Below, in pieces: positions 58,702 through 64,000 of a stretch of 64,000 bases of DNA. The position numbers and the translations under genes are program-made. The first letter of the stretch is position 1. Each line of letters opens with the position of its first letter. The notes under the pieces are model-generated. The model was not told the origin of the DNA. It saw nothing but the letters and a program-made list of their open reading frames with translations, and ran no database searches. Source of the DNA: an uncultured Desulfobacteraceae bacterium (GTDB lineage Bacteria > Desulfobacterota > Desulfobacteria > Desulfobacterales > UBA5852); contig CALNZV010000020.1 of the NCBI GenBank assembly GCA_942491115.1, forward strand, positions 1,149,107 through 1,213,106, given 5' to 3'.

Positions 58702-58744
58702 ACCCATTTTTCGGCTTCTTCCAACCTTAGTGGAGGCTTTTTTT
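58691..58744 (+). terminator. intrinsic terminator-like hairpin plus T7 tract upstream of pyrE
   Basis: GCCTCCACTAA (58691-58701) pairs perfectly with TTAGTGGAGGC (58727-58737). 25-nt loop, then TTTTTTT (58738-58744). pyrE starts 121 nt further on. Confidence 0.6.
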
Positions 58745-58865
58745 ATCTTATCAGATAGTTAAAATCAATCTTTTCTCAGTGTAACCGTCTAACCAGGAAC
58801 CTTACTCCTTTGGGGTGCGGTCCTAGTATCGACTGCCCGGGGGGAAGTGATCAGGAGGCGCTGCC

Positions 58866-59438
58866 ATGATGAACCCAAAAGAGGAGTTGATTGACCTGCT
58901 GTGCCGGAAATCCGTAAAGTTCAGCGAGGAACCGGTCTTCAAACTGGTGTCCGGTCGACGGAGTCGCTTCTATGTCAACTGCAAACCGACCACATTGAGC
59001 CCCAGGGGAATGTTTCTGGCGGGGCACCTGGTTCTCGACGCCATCGTCGGCGCTGGTGTGACCGGGGTTGGGGGGCTGACCTTCGGTGCCGATCCCATTG
59101 CCGTCGCAACAGCGTTTGCTTCCGAATTGAAAGGGATTTCCATTCAGGCGTTTTCTATCCGAAAAACACGGAAAGACCATGGGGTTATTCGCTGGGTCGA
59201 GGGGGATATGGTCGAAGGCGATCGGGTGGCCATCATCGATGATGTCGCCACTACGGGTGGTTCGACCCTGAAAGCCATTGAGCGGGCGCGATCGGAGGGG
59301 TTGGAGGTGATGAAGGCCGTTGTATTGGTAGACCGGGAGGAGGGGGGGCTAGATCGCATACGAGAAGCGGTTTCGGACGCAACAGCCATCATAACGCGAA
59401 GCGAATTGATGGCCGCCTGGTCATCATCGCTTCGCTAG
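58866..59438 (+). CDS. pyrE: orotate phosphoribosyltransferase
   Basis: CAGGAGG RBS. 190 aa. PRPP-binding motif [13 protein letters not shown]. Confidence 0.9.
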   Translation: MMNPKEELIDLLCRKSVKFSEEPVFKLVSGRRSRFYVNCKPTTLSPRGMFLAGHLVLDAIVGAGVTGVGGLTFGADPIAVATAFASELKGISIQAFSIRKTRKDHGVIRWVEGDMVEGDRVAIIDDVATTGGSTLKAIERARSEGLEVMKAVVLVDREEGGLDRIREAVSDATAIITRSELMAAWSSSLR

Positions 59439-59806
59439 GGGATAAAGCTTGCCGCGGCATCATCGGATTCCCAGGCCGTCACCCGTGAAACAGAGATGCT
59501 TGGAGTGTCGATTCGCTTCTGGAGTTCCCCGGCAACATATCGGGCAATATTTTCGGATGACGGAGGTGTCCCGTTGCTGAAGGTGTCCAGTTCATTTAAA
59601 AACTTATGATCCAAGGTTTCCATCAGTTCCCTGACGTGCCGTTTGACGATGCCGAAGTCCATGAGAACCCCTCCGTTGTCCAGCTGATTCCCTCGGACAT
59701 ATACGTCGATCTTCCAGTTGTGGCCGTGCAAATTTTCACATTTTTCACCCACCATCTTCAGCTGATGAGCGGCGGAGAAGCGGGTGGTGACCTTCAGTTC
59801 ATACAT
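59435..59806 (-). CDS. queD: 6-carboxy-5,6,7,8-tetrahydropterin synthase
   Basis: From the ATG at 59806: [16 protein letters not shown]...[15 protein letters not shown], the typical QueD/PTPS motifs. Confidence 0.9.
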   Translation of the reverse strand: MYELKVTTRFSAAHQLKMVGEKCENLHGHNWKIDVYVRGNQLDNGGVLMDFGIVKRHVRELMETLDHKFLNELDTFSNGTPPSSENIARYVAGELQKRIDTPSISVSRVTAWESDDAAASFIP

Positions 59807-59852
59807 AGTGCAATCCTTATACGGGGCAGACAAGTGTGTGGTGACAGTCCCG

Positions 59853-60968
59853 CTAATTGGAAACCCGGGCGGCTTCCCCTTTGAGAATATTCTTCAGCTT
59901 GGTCTTGATCTTGCCGGACTCGAGCCGCTGGAATTCTTTCAGCAGCGATTCTTGCTTTTTGCTGAGTCGGGTGGGGGTTTTAATGAGGATTTGAATGATC
60001 TGATCACCTCGTCTGCCGTCTCTTAGGGACGGTATGCCTTCTCCTTCAAACTTGAACACATCGCCGAATTGGGTTCCTTTGGGAATTTTGAGGCGCCGCT
60101 CTCCAGTGAGAGTGGGCACCGACACCGTATCTCCAAGGATTGCCTGGGTGAACTGAATCGTGGCCTGACAGATGACGTCGGTATTGTCTCGTTCGAAAAA
60201 TTCATGGGGTTCTACATGAATGAAAACGTAAAGGTCGCCTGGGGCGCCTCCCTGGGATCCTGCCTGCCCCTCACCGCTTAGCCTCAATCTTGAGCCATTG
60301 TCGACCCCGCCCGGGATCTTTACGGACACCTTTTTTTGCGCCCTGACGTGACCCGATCCACTACAGCTGTTGCAGGGATGGCGTATGATCTGGCCAGTAC
60401 CGCGGCAATGGGGACATGTGGAACGAACCGTAAAGAACCCTTGACTCCGGGATACCTGACCCATTCCCCCGCATGCAGAACAGGTTTCGGGATGAGTGCC
60501 GGGCTCCATGCCTGTGCCCCCGCAGCCGACGCACTCATCCATTTTCCCGATGTCGAGTTCGGTTTCGGTGCCGAAGGCTGCATCCAGGAAGGACAGGGTT
60601 AAGTCATAGCGGAGATCGGCCCCTCGATGGGAACGGCTGCGGCTCCGATTCCCGGAGCTGAAGCCGAACAAATCTTCAAATATATCTCCAAAACTGGAAA
60701 AAATGTCATCGAACCCACTAAAACCTCCAAACCCCTGTCCGTCCAGTCCCTGGTGGCCATACTGGTCGTAGATTTGACGTTTTTTCCCGTCCGAGATAAC
60801 GTCGTATGCCTCGGCAGCCTCTTTGAACTGATCCTCTGCGGCCTTGTCACCGGGGTTGCGATCCGGATGGAACTTCAAGGCAAGTTGCCGGTAAGCCTTT
60901 TTGATGTCAGCATTTGTAGCATCGCGATTGACGCCGAGTACCTCGTAGTAATCTCTTTTGGTTCCCAT
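59853..60968 (-). CDS. dnaJ: molecular chaperone DnaJ
   Basis: 371 aa. J domain DYYEVLGV...[16 protein letters not shown], a G/F-rich linker, and four CxxCxGxG repeats ([32 protein letters not shown]). Confidence 0.95.
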   Translation of the reverse strand: MGTKRDYYEVLGVNRDATNADIKKAYRQLALKFHPDRNPGDKAAEDQFKEAAEAYDVISDGKKRQIYDQYGHQGLDGQGFGGFSGFDDIFSSFGDIFEDLFGFSSGNRSRSRSHRGADLRYDLTLSFLDAAFGTETELDIGKMDECVGCGGTGMEPGTHPETCSACGGMGQVSRSQGFFTVRSTCPHCRGTGQIIRHPCNSCSGSGHVRAQKKVSVKIPGGVDNGSRLRLSGEGQAGSQGGAPGDLYVFIHVEPHEFFERDNTDVICQATIQFTQAILGDTVSVPTLTGERRLKIPKGTQFGDVFKFEGEGIPSLRDGRRGDQIIQILIKTPTRLSKKQESLLKEFQRLESGKIKTKLKNILKGEAARVSN

Positions 60969-61172
60969 TTGTGTCCCAGAATCGACGTTAATGTTGCGAC
61001 TCCTGTACCATCCAACATCCGTAACTATCCGGACCTCATCCGTTATTGAGGAGAGAAACAGACCATCGGCACTTTCGCGGAGGGCAAGGGGGCAGTAGCT
61101 GTGATCATCATAAAAATCTGAGCAAAACTAAGGCGATTAGACCAATTGTCAACGACCGGCCATCGGTTTATC

Positions 61173-62378
61173 CTAACCGGCTATCGGCGGAGCCATTGAT
61201 CCTTCCCGAGCGGTCGGACGACCCAGGACCCAAAAAAGGCAAACGCCGACGACCAAGAAGAATGCGCCGCCAGTGAAAGCGGAATCCAAGCTTGCCAGAT
61301 CCATTAAAAGGCCGGCAACCAATGCGCCGGCCAGCATGCCGATGCTGTGGGCCATCGTCAACAGCGACATCACGCTTCCCATGGTTCGAAGCCGGACCCC
61401 TTCTTCGACGGCGAGTCCCATCAGTGCCGGCATTGACATGCCTCCTCCAAGGCCGAAAAGAACGCTGGCGGCGATAAAACCCATTTCGCTTTCAGCCCAT
61501 TGGTATCCCCATAACGCCAGGGCGGCACAAACACCTCCAGCAGCGACGAGCCAGCGCTTGTCGGCTATCTCGTCGGCGATCCACCCCATAGGGGTCTGGA
61601 TCATCCCGCTGACAAAAACCCCGGTTGTCACGATCAGACCAATGAGACTGCTCCCAAAGCCCAATGCGGTGTCCAAATACAGAGGCAGGAAGCCCCAAAT
61701 GACACCGATGCAGGCCGTATAGGCAAAGCGGTAGACAAACAAAGCGGCCACCCGACGGTTCTGAATGACTTTTCGCCACTTTTGGCTAACGGGTTGAGCG
61801 TTTTGCATCAGCGGTTCCGACGCTGTGGGAGGCAGAAGAAACAGGGAGAGCAGAAATCCAGCAAAAGCCAATAGCCCCATGCTGGCAAAGGCTGCGTCCA
61901 TTCCCCATCGCTGGTTCATCCACCCCCCGATAAGCGGACCCAGGCTGAGCCCAAAAAATATGGACATGTTGAACGTACCCATCCACAAGCTCTCTCGCCC
62001 CCTCGGGGTAATTTCACCCACATAGGCTTGCAGCACTGGCATGAGCATTGCCGAGGCAACGCCCTGAAAAAAGCGGATTGCCAGTAAAATCGCCACCGTA
62101 TTGGCCGCCATGAATGCGTAGGAGACAATCGTGTAGCAGATCATTCCCACAACAATGAACGGCTTTCGGCCCTTGCGATCTGAGAGCGCCCCAAACCACG
62201 GCAGTGCCGCGGTTCTGGATATGGAAAACACACCAAAAATCATTCCGATGAAAAATCCGCTGGCCCCCAATTGCCGCGCATAGACAGGAAGAAGCGGGAC
62301 AACGATTCCGACGCCGGTGACCGTCGTGAAAATAGAAAAGCAAAGCACACTGAAAATGCGCTGATTATCGGTCTTCAT
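61173..62378 (-). CDS. MFS transporter
   Basis: 401 aa. About 12 TM segments. MFS motif A GALSDRKGRKP between TM2 and TM3. Confidence 0.85.
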   Translation of the reverse strand: MKTDNQRIFSVLCFSIFTTVTGVGIVVPLLPVYARQLGASGFFIGMIFGVFSISRTAALPWFGALSDRKGRKPFIVVGMICYTIVSYAFMAANTVAILLAIRFFQGVASAMLMPVLQAYVGEITPRGRESLWMGTFNMSIFFGLSLGPLIGGWMNQRWGMDAAFASMGLLAFAGFLLSLFLLPPTASEPLMQNAQPVSQKWRKVIQNRRVAALFVYRFAYTACIGVIWGFLPLYLDTALGFGSSLIGLIVTTGVFVSGMIQTPMGWIADEIADKRWLVAAGGVCAALALWGYQWAESEMGFIAASVLFGLGGGMSMPALMGLAVEEGVRLRTMGSVMSLLTMAHSIGMLAGALVAGLLMDLASLDSAFTGGAFFLVVGVCLFWVLGRPTAREGSMAPPIAG

Positions 62379-62657
62379 GTCAATTTGTCTTTCATTCAGG
62401 TACCGGAGCCGGGCCGATGAATCCCGATGTCTTCAAGGCGGTTCCCGGACATTCCCGACGGATTGGAGGCAAACCATATCGGCGTCAACCGAACTACGGG
62501 TCACCACCTTTCCGTCTGGGAAACCAAGGGCCGGGGCAGAGAGCCGTCATCTTCCGGGCGCTGAAGGCTCAGTATCTGGCATTCTCTGCCGACGGGTTTG
62601 AATCCGGTCAACTGCCGGCTGGGACTGACTGGCACCCACGGCATAGGGTCCGGCAAG

Positions 62658-62719
62658 GGTTAGAAACCAGACGGCAGGAGCCCCTGAGAGGAAGACGGCG
62701 CCTGCTGCTCTCTAACCCG
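62658..62719. other. long imperfect hairpin in an ORF-poor spacer
   Basis: GGGTTAGA (62658-62665) pairs with TCTAACCC (62712-62719). Inner helices GGCAGG/CCTGCT and GCC/GGC. About 17 bp in total across 62 nt. Confidence 0.45.
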
Positions 62720-63050
62720 GATATGTCACGTGTTGGCGGCGTTCATCGGCCAGGCATTCAAAGGCGCCGCCGACCGTTGGTAATGCAAGCCCTTGATCAC
62801 GGCGCATATGGAAGCCTCCGACGCGCCCCCAGGGGGACTATTTTTGGGGGTTTCTGCCATTCCGCCGGGGGACAAACGGCTCCCGGGGCTCTGGTACCGA
62901 AAAAGGCGCTAAACATAAAATATCATATATCATTTTGACATTTAGAAAAAATGTTCATGCTTAGAGTCGGGCTAAGGATGAATTCGGCATGATCGCCGGT
63001 GAACCAACCCCCTTCGGCGTGGACGTCGCCGAATGCCTCTCAGATGCGCC

Positions 63051-63881
63051 TCAGTGCCAAAGGGCGAAAAGGCCCAAAAGCCAGCAATACGGGGTAAAAT
63101 AGTTCAGGTGTCCTTTGTTGACGATAAATACCAGAAACCGCAAAGATACGTATCCAACCGAAAAGGACACACCGGCTCCGATGAGACAGGTCAGGGGATC
63201 AAATGCCGTATCGTGCAGCGCGTCCTTTAACACCAAAAGGGCGGCACCCAAAATAGCTGGGATGGATAATATGAAGGAGAACGCAGCGGCTGCCGATCGG
63301 TCGAGCCCTAAAAAAAGGCCGACAGAAATGGTCGTCCCGGATCGGGAGATCCCCGGCAGTATCGCAAGACCCTGTGCAACGCCCAGCACCAGCGCATCAG
63401 CAATCCTTGGCGCATGTCGCCCCGAGGGGGGCGATTCATGCCCCTCCCGGCGCCGGTCGACAACGCCGGTCAACAGCAGAAGCATGCCGGTGACGATCAG
63501 GCACACCCCGACCAGGGGAAGGGAGGCAAATATACGATCGGCCTGGGATTTGATAGCGAGGCCGATGATCGCGGTGGGGATTGATCCGATGAGCACCATC
63601 CACAGGAATTGGAGACTCTGGGGATCTCTGCTTCCAGATGCTTTGAAGGTGCCGCCGGTGACGGCCTCGGATCCTGCCCGTAGCATGGCCAGAAGCCGGC
63701 GGCGATAGAAAATAACCACAGCGAGAAGCGTCCCCAAATGGACACTCACATCATAATACAGCTCGGGCTCGGTCAGGCCGAAGAGGTTTTGAAAGATAAC
63801 CAGGTGGCCGGAGCTGCTGACCGGCAGGAATTCCGTCAACCCCTGGATGATGCCGAGAAGGATCGCTGTGGTGACGTCCAT
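63051..63881 (-). CDS. uppP: undecaprenyl-diphosphate phosphatase
   Basis: 276 aa. N-terminal GIIQGLTEFLPVSSSGHL and later PGISRSGTTI motifs of UppP/BacA. Confidence 0.9.
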   Translation of the reverse strand: MDVTTAILLGIIQGLTEFLPVSSSGHLVIFQNLFGLTEPELYYDVSVHLGTLLAVVIFYRRRLLAMLRAGSEAVTGGTFKASGSRDPQSLQFLWMVLIGSIPTAIIGLAIKSQADRIFASLPLVGVCLIVTGMLLLLTGVVDRRREGHESPPSGRHAPRIADALVLGVAQGLAILPGISRSGTTISVGLFLGLDRSAAAAFSFILSIPAILGAALLVLKDALHDTAFDPLTCLIGAGVSFSVGYVSLRFLVFIVNKGHLNYFTPYCWLLGLFALWH

Positions 63882-63926
63882 GATAACGGGTGCTTTCTAA
63901 TCATCGATCGATGGTGACGACATGGG

Positions 63927-64000
63927 GTCAGCGGTAATGTTTGTAGCTGACACTGTATTTTTTGGCTTTGTAATTGAATTTTCTCACCGTCGTTCTGAGA
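63927..64000 (-). CDS. 3' end of a CDS truncated by the window edge, unknown product
   Basis: Open frame on the - strand running from the window edge to a TGA at 63929-63927 (...RTTVRKFNYKAKKYSVSYKHYR*). Only 24 codons are visible. Confidence 0.3.

Noticed and set aside
61062-61088. Sigma32-like promoter upstream of dnaJ (CTTGCCC, 12-nt spacer, CCGATGGT on the - strand)
   Set aside because: The match to CTTGAAA / CCCCATnT is weak in the -10 element. No CIRCE element is present. I cannot support it without comparative data.
62592-62610. tRNA T-arm-like element GACGGG-TTTGAAT-CCGGTC
   Set aside because: The stem has a central G.G mismatch. The loop lacks the conserved C56. I could not build an acceptor stem, D arm or anticodon arm around it.
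62630-62650. GGGTGCCAG / CCCTATGCC on the - strand, reminiscent of the RNase P RNA P10-P12 region
   Set aside because: The universally conserved GAGGAAAGUCC and ACAGAAxCCGGCUUA P4 strands are absent on both strands, so this is not RNase P RNA.
62417-62938. 173-aa + strand ORF in the MFS-uppP spacer
   Set aside because: Arg/Gly/Pro-rich. Third-position GC is no higher than bulk. Uses many codons that are rare in the confident genes. No RBS and no motif. Treated as non-coding, but see the finding on the spacer.
1-64000. Search for CRISPR arrays, transposases or integrases, prophage genes, rRNA and tRNA
   Set aside because: I saw no regularly spaced repeats, no IS-like inverted repeats, no recombinase motifs and no cloverleaf-compatible sequences in the intergenic regions. 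This by-eye negative is not as sensitive as tRNAscan, cmscan or a CRISPR finder.

Overview
GC-rich, densely coding 64-kb chromosomal window with about 55 confident genes, mostly in co-directional operons with short start/stop overlaps. I saw no rRNA, tRNA, CRISPR array, transposase or integrase by eye. The content points to a sulfate/sulfite-reducing member of the Desulfobacterota: dsrA-dsrB-dsrD-dsrN sits behind a near-consensus sigma70-type promoter, with a convergent tetrahaem cytochrome c3. Blocks in order: a sugar-type ABC importer (two permeases, DUF2160-like mini membrane protein, 587-aa binding protein); a PaaI thioesterase plus an unknown polytopic membrane protein; a complete Opp/Dpp-type peptide ABC importer; a TamB-like 1398-aa protein followed by a 936-aa multi-POTRA Omp85 protein; a binding protein plus hybrid histidine kinase; a DapA-family enzyme; a TPR protein plus an unknown 393-aa protein; the dsr genes; a dynamin-like GTPase; tatA-tatC; mltA; rmuC; molybdenum-cofactor genes (moaC, moaE-like, mobA, moaB) interrupted by pyrR; pabA plus a fused pabB-pabC; a radical SAM protein; prmA; a 1771-aa tandem double UvrA; a J-domain/zinc-ribbon protein plus a Cys-cluster protein; ftsE-ftsX-envC-like-ctp-yibQ-like; pyrE; queD; dnaJ; an MFS transporter; uppP. 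Most noteworthy: (1) the covalently duplicated UvrA whose two units have lost different domains; (2) an intrinsic terminator inside the 5' leader of pabA, a candidate riboswitch or attenuator for p-aminobenzoate synthesis; (3) a self-contained promoter / 16-codon ORF / terminator unit upstream of pyrE; (4) a 670-bp ORF-poor structured spacer upstream of the MFS gene; (5) an uncharacterised TPR/393-aa gene pair immediately upstream of dsr. All functional calls come from motif recognition by eye. No database search, HMM scan or folding computation was run.
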